Below, piece by piece: positions 20,015 to 29,485 of a DNA stretch of 31,927 nucleotides. This DNA is from an uncultured archaeon (GTDB lineage Archaea; Asgardarchaeota; Lokiarchaeia; Sigyniarchaeales; SOKP01), in the NCBI GenBank assembly GCA_964493715.1, contig CAZBPC010000033.1:1-31927 (forward strand), written 5' to 3'. The notes beneath the pieces are model-generated. The model was not told the origin of the DNA. It saw only the letters and a list, made by a program, of their open reading frames with translations, and searched no databases. Made by a program: the position numbers and the translations under genes. Each line of letters begins with the position of its first letter. The first letter of the stretch is position 1.

Positions 20015-22492
20015 ATGAGCGATTCTAAAAGTAAAAAATACGAGATTGCTGAACCTCACGATTTGTCCCCGCGATCAAAATGGATGAGAGACTATTATTT
20101 TAAAGGTGATGAGAGAGAATGGAAAAACCAATACATGCCTTTTACCACTGGAACCGATTGGGATATTATATGGAATGAAAATGACTACTATGTCGCTCCA
20201 GAAGTTCATTTCTATATAGGTAATAAAGGAAAGGGCGTGTTTGAAAGTTCATTACGTTCCATGGCTGTTCAAGTGGAATTACCTGATAATTTTTGGAAAT
20301 TATCACTACCTGAACGAAGGATAATCTTTTTTGAGGAAGTAATAGTAAATCATGTACCGCATGAAATAATATCTGAAAATGATCTCATTGCTGGTGGGAG
20401 ATTCAACACTCAGTTAAGTAAATGCTTGACAGAAAATGAGGCAAAAAAACATTGGAAGAAAAATATCAATGCACGTCAAGATTTCTTTAAATATCATAAA
20501 TCAGGCTTTGGAAACGTTGGAGCCACGCCTGGTCATCTAATTCCAGACCATGAAACTATTATAAAACGTGGGTTCAAGCATGTTTATGAAATGGCAACAA
20601 AAGAATATGATAAATTGAACCAAAAAGAAAAAAATAGTGAGAAAGGAGCAGAGCTTCGAGCAATGATAAAAGCAGCAGAGATACCAAGAAAATTAGCAAA
20701 AAAGTATGCGGAAGAATGCAGATCTCTAAAAGAAACTGCTTCTACACCAGAACGAGTTGAAGAATTAGAACAAATGGCAAAAAATTTAGAGCGTGTCCCT
20801 TGGCAGCCCGCTGAAACCTTTTGGCAGGGGATTCAAGCAATTTGGCTCACCCACATGCTAATAATGGTTGAAGAATCATACCCTGGACCGGGAATATCTT
20901 TTGGGAGAACTGATCAACATCTTTATGATTTATATAAGAAAGATGTGATTGATGAGAAAAATATTACCAAAGAGTTTGCGAAAGACATTTTAGGAAGTTT
21001 TTGGTTTCATTGTAATTCAGCTTATGATGCCCAAATCATGGTTGGAAAACAAGGCATAACAGCAGCTTTTGGGCAATTAATGACATTAAGTGGATGTGGT
21101 CCTAAGGGTGAAGATTTAACGAATGAGTTAACTTATACTATTTTAGAAGTAATAGATGAGTGGAGTCCTATCTTGGAGCCAAAGCCCAACATCCGTCTCT
21201 GTCGTGCGAGTCCTGAAAAGTTACTGGATAAAATTGTTGATATGGTATCTCGATCGCAAGGAGCTCCATTTCTCATTAATTTTGACGAGCGGAGCATTGC
21301 AGGAATGATTAAGGAAGGGATACCCAAAGAAGATGCTTGGAATTATGCATGCGTTGGTTGTCTAGAAAACACTATGCAAGGGAACGATCGTTCTGGAACC
21401 GTAAATTGCAATCCCAATCTCACAAAGAGCATTGAATTGACCTTGTGGAACGGGAAGAACATGCCCAATAACAACGTGGTCACAAAAAAAGGAGAACAAA
21501 TTGGACCGAAAACTGGTGATCCCGAATCTTTTCTTACTTGGAATGAATTTTGGAATGCTTGGAAGAAACAAGTAGAATTCCTCATAAAATATACCGTTAA
21601 TGTTTACAACCAAACTGAAGAACTTCGAGCTGAGTTCATGCCCACTCCATACTTATCAACCCTTGTACGGGGATGTATTGAAAAAGGGCTTGATATACGG
21701 AATGGTGGTCCGGAATTAAGATTCATAACCGTGGAAGGAGTAGGATACGCTACTACAGTAGATTCGTTATTAGCAATAAAGAAACTTGTGTATGAAGATG
21801 AAAAATACACTATAGCCCAAATTAAAGAAGCCTTAGTGGATGATTTCACAAGTATTAAACATATCAAAATGCAATCTGAAATGCAAAATAAAGCTCCAAA
21901 ATATGGAAATGATGAGGATGAAGCTGATAAGATCGCTCGAAAAGTGATGGAACTATGGGCAGAAGAAACGTGGAAATATAAAACACCAACTAACTTCCAA
22001 TTCCGTCCAGGGATGTTATCATGGAATTATTGGGCTGGAGCTGATGCTGGATTTACAATTGCTACTCCAAATGGTAGAAAAGCGGGAACGTATCTATCAA
22101 ATGCAATATGCCCAACTAATGGAGCTGATGAAAAAGGACCTACCGCGGTCACAAATTCTGTTGGAGCTGTATTAGGGGGTAAAACGGATGATGGAAATTA
22201 CGTGAATTGCTTACCAAATGGAGCTAGTCATACTATTACTTTTAATCCTTCTATAATTAATAATCCAGAGCATCGTGAAAAATTTAAATCTTACCTAAGA
22301 GGATACGTCGAAAATGGTGGAACAGCCCTTCAAATTAACATGCTCGATGCGGAAATGCTTAAAGATGCACAAAAACATCCTGAAAATTATACCAATTTAC
22401 TCGTGAGGATTACTGGTTATAATGCATACTTTAATTCGATTGGTAAAGAGCTTCAAGACGAGATCATAGCCCGAGAGTCTCATAAAATGTAA
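20015..22492 (+). CDS. Glycyl radical enzyme (PFL2 / eliminase-like), substrate unknown
   Basis: SFGRTDQ, Cys loop ACVGCLE (CVGCLE at 21350-67), APKYGND, ATPNGR, Gly loop LLVRITGYNAYF. Confidence 0.93.
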   Translation: MSDSKSKKYEIAEPHDLSPRSKWMRDYYFKGDEREWKNQYMPFTTGTDWDIIWNENDYYVAPEVHFYIGNKGKGVFESSLRSMAVQVELPDNFWKLSLPERRIIFFEEVIVNHVPHEIISENDLIAGGRFNTQLSKCLTENEAKKHWKKNINARQDFFKYHKSGFGNVGATPGHLIPDHETIIKRGFKHVYEMATKEYDKLNQKEKNSEKGAELRAMIKAAEIPRKLAKKYAEECRSLKETASTPERVEELEQMAKNLERVPWQPAETFWQGIQAIWLTHMLIMVEESYPGPGISFGRTDQHLYDLYKKDVIDEKNITKEFAKDILGSFWFHCNSAYDAQIMVGKQGITAAFGQLMTLSGCGPKGEDLTNELTYTILEVIDEWSPILEPKPNIRLCRASPEKLLDKIVDMVSRSQGAPFLINFDERSIAGMIKEGIPKEDAWNYACVGCLENTMQGNDRSGTVNCNPNLTKSIELTLWNGKNMPNNNVVTKKGEQIGPKTGDPESFLTWNEFWNAWKKQVEFLIKYTVNVYNQTEELRAEFMPTPYLSTLVRGCIEKGLDIRNGGPELRFITVEGVGYATTVDSLLAIKKLVYEDEKYTIAQIKEALVDDFTSIKHIKMQSEMQNKAPKYGNDEDEADKIARKVMELWAEETWKYKTPTNFQFRPGMLSWNYWAGADAGFTIATPNGRKAGTYLSNAICPTNGADEKGPTAVTNSVGAVLGGKTDDGNYVNCLPNGASHTITFNPSIINNPEHREKFKSYLRGYVENGGTALQINMLDAEMLKDAQKHPENYTNLLVRITGYNAYFNSIGKELQDEIIARESHKM

Positions 22493-22662
22493 GTTTATCT
22501 TTTTTACATCTTATTTTTGTTTATTGAAATTTATTCAAATTGATTTGAATGATCCATATTTTTCTCTAGAAATTACAATTATTCTAATAATTTGGAACTC
22601 TTAAAAATAATAGTAATCTATTTAATTTGATTTTCCTTATTATTTAAAATAGGATTTTAAAG

Positions 22663-22968
22663 ATGGGTGAAGTTACTACTCATGAGAGATTAAGTAAAGG
22701 AAAGAGCTCGATAATTTTTGGGATGGTAGGCATTATCTCGTTTTTACTTTCAATGCTTCTAACAGAATTTTTAAATCTTCCCATAGCATTATTATATTGG
22801 GGTCTTCCTATGGTTTGTGGAATAACAGCGGTTGTTATTGGTATTATCGGTGTTAGAAAAGATGAAAAAAAAGTGTTAGCATTTGTTGGAGTACTGTTAG
22901 GATTACATTCAATGTATTCTTATCCTTTATTTTACCTAATCGCAACAAGTTTCAAGATATATGCATGA
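22663..22968 (+). CDS. Small hypothetical membrane protein (3 TM, DUF4190-like pattern)
   Basis: SIIFGMVGI...GITAVVIGIIG...LAFVGVLLG pattern. Confidence 0.65.
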   Translation: MGEVTTHERLSKGKSSIIFGMVGIISFLLSMLLTEFLNLPIALLYWGLPMVCGITAVVIGIIGVRKDEKKVLAFVGVLLGLHSMYSYPLFYLIATSFKIYA

Positions 22969-23180
22969 TCATTGGATATCAGATATCTAAAACTGCTAAC
23001 ATCTTTATTAAGAACTATAATTCATATTCTAATTGAAATAATCAATTATTTATTAAAATTTGATAGAATCCGTGAAATTTAGGGATATATCTAGGGATAA
23101 TAGATAATATTATCCTTTTTTTTTATATCACTTGTTTTCTTTTCAATTGATTTATAAATTCTGTAAAATTTTGGGAGATA

Positions 23181-24587
23181 ATGTTTAATGATAAAGTCCC
23201 TTTTAAATCAAAATTAGCTTATGGTGGTCTTGGAGCTGGAATTGGCTTACCATCTCAAATTGCGTTTTCTTTTATAACAATTTTTTATAATACGTCATTA
23301 GGATTAAGGACTGAATTAACTGGAATCGCTTGGCTAATCTTTTCCTTCTGGAATGCGATTAACGACCCGTTGTTTGGATTTATCGAAGATCGGACGAAAT
23401 CTGAAAAATATGGAAGGAGAATTCCTTATATTCGCTTTGGTGCTCCTCTTTATGGAGTTGCATTTATTCTTTGTTGGATTCCTCTTGTGAATATTAATGA
23501 TCAATTTGCTCTATTTTTCAATTTGATTATAGTTTTATTCGTTTTTGATACATTATTTACGATATTAGGCCTTATTAATTACACTCTTCCTGCTGAAATG
23601 GCTCTAACAGCAAAAGAAAGATCAAATTTATTGGTGTATGGTGCAGCTATATCTTCTATTTCGTATGTTATCGCTTTTATTTTACCTCTTCTGTTTTTAA
23701 CTGGAAATGAATCTCCTAATGCAACTATGGAGTTTCTATTTGTAATGATATTTGTGGGAATTATCTGTGCTATAATATTATTCTTAAGTAGCTTCTATTT
23801 AAAAGAGAACAAATATACGCAAATGGAAGAAAGTCTCCCTGTACTTGAAGGTTTTAAAGAGACTTTTAAAAACTATCCGTTTTTAATTTATGAAGTTTCA
23901 AATTTCTCGTTTACTTTCGCTCAAACAATTCTGACCACGGCTATATTTTATTATGTTGAATATGTACTGGTTTTGACTGGTTTTTTAACCACTTTGCCAT
24001 TATTACTAGTCTTTGCCATGATCTTCGCCTTTTTTGCAGTCTACAATAAATTAGTGGGAAAATACGGAGTAAAAAAAACCTATATTTTGGCATTATTTCT
24101 GTCAGGTTTAAGCTTTTTTTTAACTTTTTTCATCGGATGGTCGTTTAATTTCGCACTAATTGGATTTATTTTTATTGGTATCGGTTTTTCAGGTTTTATG
24201 CTTATAAATCAAGTTGTTATAGCTGATATCGTTGATTATGATGAAATTAGGACTAAAAAACGTAGAGAAACAACATATTCAGGAATAAACGCATTAATTA
24301 CTAAACCAGCAATATCACTTGCTAATTGGGTGTTCTTGGTAATAATTGACAACTTTGGATTCAATTCGCAACAATCTACTCAAAATTTTTCCGCTCAAAT
24401 GGGTATCATGATTGGATTCTCATTAATTCCGGCCATTTTATTAATATTTAGTTCCATCATCATGTTTTTTTATCCTTTAGACGGTCCTAAATGGCTAGCC
24501 CAGAAAGCAGAGTTGATAAAAATCCACGAGGATAAAGAATTGGATTATTTAAAGTATTTAGAAGAAAAACAGAAAGAAAAACAATAG
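23181..24587 (+). CDS. MFS transporter, GPH (MelB/MFS_2) cation symporter family
   Basis: WNAINDPLFGFIEDRT...GRRIPY and ADIVDYDE.RT.KRRE motifs; about 12 hydrophobic segments. Confidence 0.9.
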   Translation: MFNDKVPFKSKLAYGGLGAGIGLPSQIAFSFITIFYNTSLGLRTELTGIAWLIFSFWNAINDPLFGFIEDRTKSEKYGRRIPYIRFGAPLYGVAFILCWIPLVNINDQFALFFNLIIVLFVFDTLFTILGLINYTLPAEMALTAKERSNLLVYGAAISSISYVIAFILPLLFLTGNESPNATMEFLFVMIFVGIICAIILFLSSFYLKENKYTQMEESLPVLEGFKETFKNYPFLIYEVSNFSFTFAQTILTTAIFYYVEYVLVLTGFLTTLPLLLVFAMIFAFFAVYNKLVGKYGVKKTYILALFLSGLSFFLTFFIGWSFNFALIGFIFIGIGFSGFMLINQVVIADIVDYDEIRTKKRRETTYSGINALITKPAISLANWVFLVIIDNFGFNSQQSTQNFSAQMGIMIGFSLIPAILLIFSSIIMFFYPLDGPKWLAQKAELIKIHEDKELDYLKYLEEKQKEKQ

Positions 24588-24602
24588 TGATATTTATTCT
24601 TC

Positions 24603-25547
24603 TCAAATTGGCTTGAATTCAGTATTTTTCTCGAGAAATTCTAATTGTTTTAGAAATAAGATATCGCGTTTTCTTAAAATTTCAATTTCACTTCGACCAC
24701 CATAATCATAATGCCCTTTCCCTGTTTTAGCACCTAAATCTCCTTTTTTTACTTTTTCACTAATTAAAGGAACGTTTCCCCCTTTTTCGGTTATTATATC
24801 TTCTACTAAGTCAAGTCCTGTGAAATCATGTGCTTGAACTACTCCTATTATTGGTAAGCGGATTCCTAAAGTACTTTTAATAACCAGATCAATTTGTTCT
24901 GCTGTAGCTAAATTTCTCATCATTAACTCATACATCGCTCCAGAAATTGCATTTTGGATTTTATTGACTATATAATTCGGCACAAATTTTTTCATTAAGA
25001 TAGGAATCTTTCCTAATTTTTCATGCAATTTCACTGAAAGTTCGATTATTTCTGGAGCTGTCTTTCTGCTTGGAGCAATTTCAACAGTTGGAATGATATG
25101 GGGTGGAGAAAACCAATGATGGGCTATTATTCTTTCGGGATGGCTAATTCCCTTTAAAATGTTAAAAATATCAAGAGATGATGTATTACTTGCCAATATT
25201 ATCTCATCTTGACAGTATTCAGATAATTTTTTAAATAATTCGAGTTTTAAATTAGGCACTTCTTTTATCACTTCTAATGCTAGATCCGCCTTTTCAGCAT
25301 TCTCCTTGAGATTCGTGGAAGGATGAATCCTATTAAGAATGTTTACGATATCTGATGATTTTACCCTTTTAAATTCCGCTAATGTGTACAAATTATTATC
25401 AATGAGATTCATAGCGCGATCCAAAATCTTCTTATTAATATCAACCAAGAAAACTTCAAATCCCCCTTGGGCATACACCTGAGCAATCGAATGGCCCATG
25501 TTGCCCGCTCCAATAATTAACACGTTTTTAATATCGTCTAACTTCAT
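24603..25547 (-). CDS. 3-hydroxyacyl-CoA dehydrogenase family
   Basis: GAGNMGHSIA, E...E...LK, ASNTSS, HWFSPPH..P.VE, GDLGAKTGKGHYDY. Confidence 0.92.
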   Translation of the reverse strand: MKLDDIKNVLIIGAGNMGHSIAQVYAQGGFEVFLVDINKKILDRAMNLIDNNLYTLAEFKRVKSSDIVNILNRIHPSTNLKENAEKADLALEVIKEVPNLKLELFKKLSEYCQDEIILASNTSSLDIFNILKGISHPERIIAHHWFSPPHIIPTVEIAPSRKTAPEIIELSVKLHEKLGKIPILMKKFVPNYIVNKIQNAISGAMYELMMRNLATAEQIDLVIKSTLGIRLPIIGVVQAHDFTGLDLVEDIITEKGGNVPLISEKVKKGDLGAKTGKGHYDYGGRSEIEILRKRDILFLKQLEFLEKNTEFKPI

Positions 25548-25640
25548 TATACTTTTCTCTAACTCTTGTCTTTAATCATTGCAATAAGTATATCATTTTC
25601 AATAATTAATAAAAAAAGAAAAATTTTTACTTTCTTTTAT

Positions 25641-26465
25641 TTATTCACCAGTAAATTTAGGTTCTCTTTTATTTAAAAATGCTGTGATTCCTTCAACAAG
25701 ATCTTTAGATTGAGAATTAACTGCATAACCCAAATGTTCAAATTGAAGCCCTAAATTTAGTGGAGCTTGAGTACCATAGTCGATTGCTTTTTTTATGACA
25801 AATAGGCTTTTCGTGGCTGAGTTTCCCAACAAAGTTGCTTTTTCATGCACGACTTCTTCGAATTTATCATTATCGACTAAGTATGATATCAAACCCCAAT
25901 CCTTCATTACTTCAGCTGAATAATGTTCACCGAAATAGATCATGGTTTTTGTTCTTATTTTTCCTAAACTTCTAATTAGTCTCTGTGTCCCTCCATTGAA
26001 AGGAGAAATTCCGCGCTTTATTTCTGGAAAACCAAATGTAGAACGTTTGGATGCAATTACAATATCGCATACTAATATTAATTCAAATCCCCCACCCAAA
26101 GCATATCCATCTACAGCTGCTATGATAGGCTTGGGAAATTTCTTTATTAAATCATAATATTTATGTCTAATATACATCATGTGACTCTGGGCCATTAAAT
26201 TTGTAGGATCAATTTGAGGACCCCCTCTACCTGATAAATCCGCTCCCGCAGAAAACGCAGGTTTTTTTAAGAAATCTTTAGTACCTCTCAGCACCACGCA
26301 TCTAACGGATCCATCCAGTTCCATGGATTCAAGAGCATCCGCAATTTCTTTTAAAGTTTTATTTTGTAGCGCATTTAGTTTTTCAGGACGATTAATTGAT
26401 ATCACTGCATAATTTCCTTCTTCTACTCTATCAATTTTGATATGTTCAAATTTTTGTTCAGACAA
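25641..26465 (-). CDS. Enoyl-CoA hydratase/isomerase (crotonase) family
   Basis: NRPEKLNAL, FSAGADL, ALGGGFEL, FGFPE with both catalytic Glu; TTG start. Confidence 0.92.
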   Translation of the reverse strand: MSEQKFEHIKIDRVEEGNYAVISINRPEKLNALQNKTLKEIADALESMELDGSVRCVVLRGTKDFLKKPAFSAGADLSGRGGPQIDPTNLMAQSHMMYIRHKYYDLIKKFPKPIIAAVDGYALGGGFELILVCDIVIASKRSTFGFPEIKRGISPFNGGTQRLIRSLGKIRTKTMIYFGEHYSAEVMKDWGLISYLVDNDKFEEVVHEKATLLGNSATKSLFVIKKAIDYGTQAPLNLGLQFEHLGYAVNSQSKDLVEGITAFLNKREPKFTGE

Positions 26466-26597
26466 TTAAAATCACTCTGTTATTTTTTAAAATAAGAAAA
26501 GATTATTTTGAAAAAAAATCTTATTGAAAAATTACAGTGAAATATTATTTAAATTTCATAAAAAAGAATATTGAATTATTGTATATAGGGAATTGAT

Positions 26598-28838
26598 ATG
26601 GAAAATCAAGAAGAATTAAAAAAAGAAGAACCGATTAAGGTTATTCGAACAACTTCAGCTTTTGACTGTGGGGGACGCTGTCCGCTTAGATTTCATGTAG
26701 AAGATGGAAGAATCACAAGAATTGAAACAGACGATTATGAAGTTAAAGAAGAACAGCTCAGGGCATGTTTAAGATGTCGAGCTCTTCGACAATATATATA
26801 TAATCCTAAAAGATTGAAATATCCCTTAAAACGAGATGGTCCTAAAGGTTCCGGAAAATTTAAACGAATATCTTGGGATGAAGCTTTAACGGAAATTGCT
26901 GAGAAACTCAAGGAAGTTAAAGAAAAATATGGTAATTCAAGCATTTTTTTAGCAACAGGAGGAGGATATCAAGCAGCTTTTCATGATGGGATGTTAGCAA
27001 TGTGGAGGTTATTTACTCAGTTTGGTGGTTATTCAACACATTATGGAAATGTATCCTCTGAAGGTGCAGTGTATGCAACTCAAACCATGTATAAATCACC
27101 CTTTGTAGGTCATAGTCGAGAAGATTTACTCAATTCAAACCTCATTATAATGTGGGGATGGGATCCAGCAAGAATGATTTCTGGCACAGATACTATATTT
27201 AACCTTATCAAAGCGAAAGAAAAAGGAATTAAAATTGTATGTATTGACCCTAGATATACTGATTCTGCTGTAGTTTTAGCTGATCAATGGATACCAATTA
27301 TCCCTGGAACTGATGTAGCCATGATGATTGCTATAGCATATGTCATTATCAAAGAAAATTTACATGATCAAGAGTTCTTGAATAAATACACGGTAGGGTT
27401 TGATAAATTCAAATCTTACGTGATGGGACAGGAAGATGGTACCCCAAAAACACCTGAGTGGGCAGAAAGTATAACTTCCATACCAGCTAAAATAATTACT
27501 GATCTTGCTTTAGAATACGGAAAGACAAAACCCGCAGCGCTTATGGATTGCCAAGGTCCAGCAAGGTCGGCTGTAGGTGAGCTATATAATCGAGCAGCTA
27601 TTACGTTAACAGCAATGACCGGAAATATTGGAGTTCATGGTGGGAGTGCAGCGGGGGGTTTGATGGGCATTCCATACGGTCACATGTTTTTCAGAGCTGG
27701 AATTCCCCCACCAAAAAGAAATCCTGTTGAAGAAGGTCTAAAATCAGTTCGAGGTTCATTAGATCTAAATTTGAGGTTTCAAGCAAGATGTCACACAAAC
27801 AAAATTTTTGATGCTATATTGAAAGGTAAAGATGGTGGTTATCCCTTTGATGTTAAGTTTGCATGGTTTGTAAATAATAACTTTTTAAACCAATTAGGAA
27901 ACGCTAATAAATCTGCAGAGGCGTTGAAAAAACTTGATTATATGGTTATTGCAGATTTATGGCTTACACCTACAGCACGATATGCGGATATAATTCTTCC
28001 TGTTTCAAGTATTGCTGAAAAAAGTGATCTTACAAGACCTTGGCCTTCTGGCCCCTATTTTACAATTGCTAATAAAGCTATCGATCCTCTTGGAGAATGT
28101 AGGACAGATTTAAGAATTGCCGAAGAATTAGCAGATAAATTAGGAATTAATGAATTTGAAAAGTATCCAGATGAGGAAAAAACTTTGAAATTCATGCTAA
28201 AAATGACTGAAGACACTAGGAAAGAAATCAAAAACTTCCAAAAGTTTAAAGAAGATGGAATTCATAGAATAAAGTTTGATGAGCCTTACGTTGCTTTCAA
28301 AAAGCAAATCGCTGATCCCGAAAATAATCCAATTGGAACTCCATCTGGAAAGATTGAAATTTTCTCTCAAAGAATTGCAGATCTTAATGATCCAGAAAAT
28401 CCTGCAATCCCAAAGTATATGGAGCGTTGGGAAGGCAGATATGACCCTCTATCCAAGAAATATCCTCTTCAACTGTTATCTCCACATCCAAAAAGTAGGA
28501 TTCATTCAGAAATGTTTTTGGTGGAATGGCTTAGAGAGGTTGATCCTCACGTTGCATGGATAAACCCGATTGATGCTGAAGCTAGGGGTATAAAAGATGG
28601 TGATGAAATCTTAGTTTTTAATGATAGAGGAAGTCTAACAATAAAAGCTTGGCTTACTGAAAGAATTATCCCTGGAGCAATAAGCATTTTTGAAGGGGCC
28701 TGGTACGAACCAGATGAGAACGGTATTGATAGAGGAGGATGTGTGAACACTCTTACAAAAGACGCATTCTCTCCTGGTGGTGCTTCTGCTTTGAAATCAT
28801 GTTTAGTAGAAATGAAAGTGTTTGAAAGAGGTGCCTAA
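26598..28838 (+). CDS. DMSO-reductase-family molybdopterin oxidoreductase, catalytic subunit (DmsA-like, no Tat signal)
   Basis: SAFDCGGRC...ACLR, RLKYPLKR, ISWDEA, YGNVS (putative Ser Mo ligand), PGTD, TPSGKIE, RIHS. Confidence 0.9.
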   Translation: MENQEELKKEEPIKVIRTTSAFDCGGRCPLRFHVEDGRITRIETDDYEVKEEQLRACLRCRALRQYIYNPKRLKYPLKRDGPKGSGKFKRISWDEALTEIAEKLKEVKEKYGNSSIFLATGGGYQAAFHDGMLAMWRLFTQFGGYSTHYGNVSSEGAVYATQTMYKSPFVGHSREDLLNSNLIIMWGWDPARMISGTDTIFNLIKAKEKGIKIVCIDPRYTDSAVVLADQWIPIIPGTDVAMMIAIAYVIIKENLHDQEFLNKYTVGFDKFKSYVMGQEDGTPKTPEWAESITSIPAKIITDLALEYGKTKPAALMDCQGPARSAVGELYNRAAITLTAMTGNIGVHGGSAAGGLMGIPYGHMFFRAGIPPPKRNPVEEGLKSVRGSLDLNLRFQARCHTNKIFDAILKGKDGGYPFDVKFAWFVNNNFLNQLGNANKSAEALKKLDYMVIADLWLTPTARYADIILPVSSIAEKSDLTRPWPSGPYFTIANKAIDPLGECRTDLRIAEELADKLGINEFEKYPDEEKTLKFMLKMTEDTRKEIKNFQKFKEDGIHRIKFDEPYVAFKKQIADPENNPIGTPSGKIEIFSQRIADLNDPENPAIPKYMERWEGRYDPLSKKYPLQLLSPHPKSRIHSEMFLVEWLREVDPHVAWINPIDAEARGIKDGDEILVFNDRGSLTIKAWLTERIIPGAISIFEGAWYEPDENGIDRGGCVNTLTKDAFSPGGASALKSCLVEMKVFERGA

Positions 28839-28839
28839 T

Positions 28840-29403
28840 TTGCAAGTTGGCTTTTATTTTGATCAAACACGTTGTATAGGTTGCTCAGCTTGTGCAGTAG
28901 CATGCAAAGATTGGCATGATATACCAGCAGGTCCAGAAAAATGGATGACACTACTGTATAATGAAAATGGCAAATTTCCTGACTTATTTGTTAGTTACCT
29001 TATAAGACCCTGTTATCATTGTGAGGATCCTGTTTGTATTCCTGTGTGTCCTGTGAAAGCAATCACAAAAAGAAAAGAAGATGGAATCGTTGAAGTCGAC
29101 AGTGAAAAATGCATTGGAAATGAGAAATGTAATTCTAAATGTTTAAAAGCATGTCCTTATGATGCTCCTCAATTTGGTCCCGAAAAAGGGGCGAAAATGA
29201 AAAAATGTAGTTATTGTTTGGACAGATTTTTAGAAGGAAAATTGCCAATTTGCGTTGAATCGTGTAGAACACATGCTCTTGATGTGGGTACCTTGGAAGA
29301 ATTAAAAGCAAAATATGGAGACATAAAACAAGCAGATAACTTTGTATACTCTGAAAGGACCAAACCAGCAATCATTTTCAAACCAAAGAAAAAAAAATAT
29401 TAA
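28840..29403 (+). CDS. DmsB-like 4Fe-4S electron transfer subunit
   Basis: CIGCSACAVACK, CYHCEDPVCIPVCP, CIG...C...CLKACPY, CSYC...CVESC. TTG at 28840 after GAGGTG preferred over 28822. Confidence 0.9.
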   Translation: MQVGFYFDQTRCIGCSACAVACKDWHDIPAGPEKWMTLLYNENGKFPDLFVSYLIRPCYHCEDPVCIPVCPVKAITKRKEDGIVEVDSEKCIGNEKCNSKCLKACPYDAPQFGPEKGAKMKKCSYCLDRFLEGKLPICVESCRTHALDVGTLEELKAKYGDIKQADNFVYSERTKPAIIFKPKKKKY

Positions 29404-29485
29404 CTACTCTCACTATCAGAATAATTTATTTAAATTATTCTTCTTTTTATTTAGGAAAAAAATAAAGGAGCTCGATTTTAAATAC

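Noticed and set aside
20015-22492. Calling the GRE pyruvate formate-lyase or alkyl/benzylsuccinate synthase
   Set aside because: There is no adjacent Cys-Cys, the loop is GCLE rather than CMS-type, and there are no small Cys-rich subunit genes next to it.
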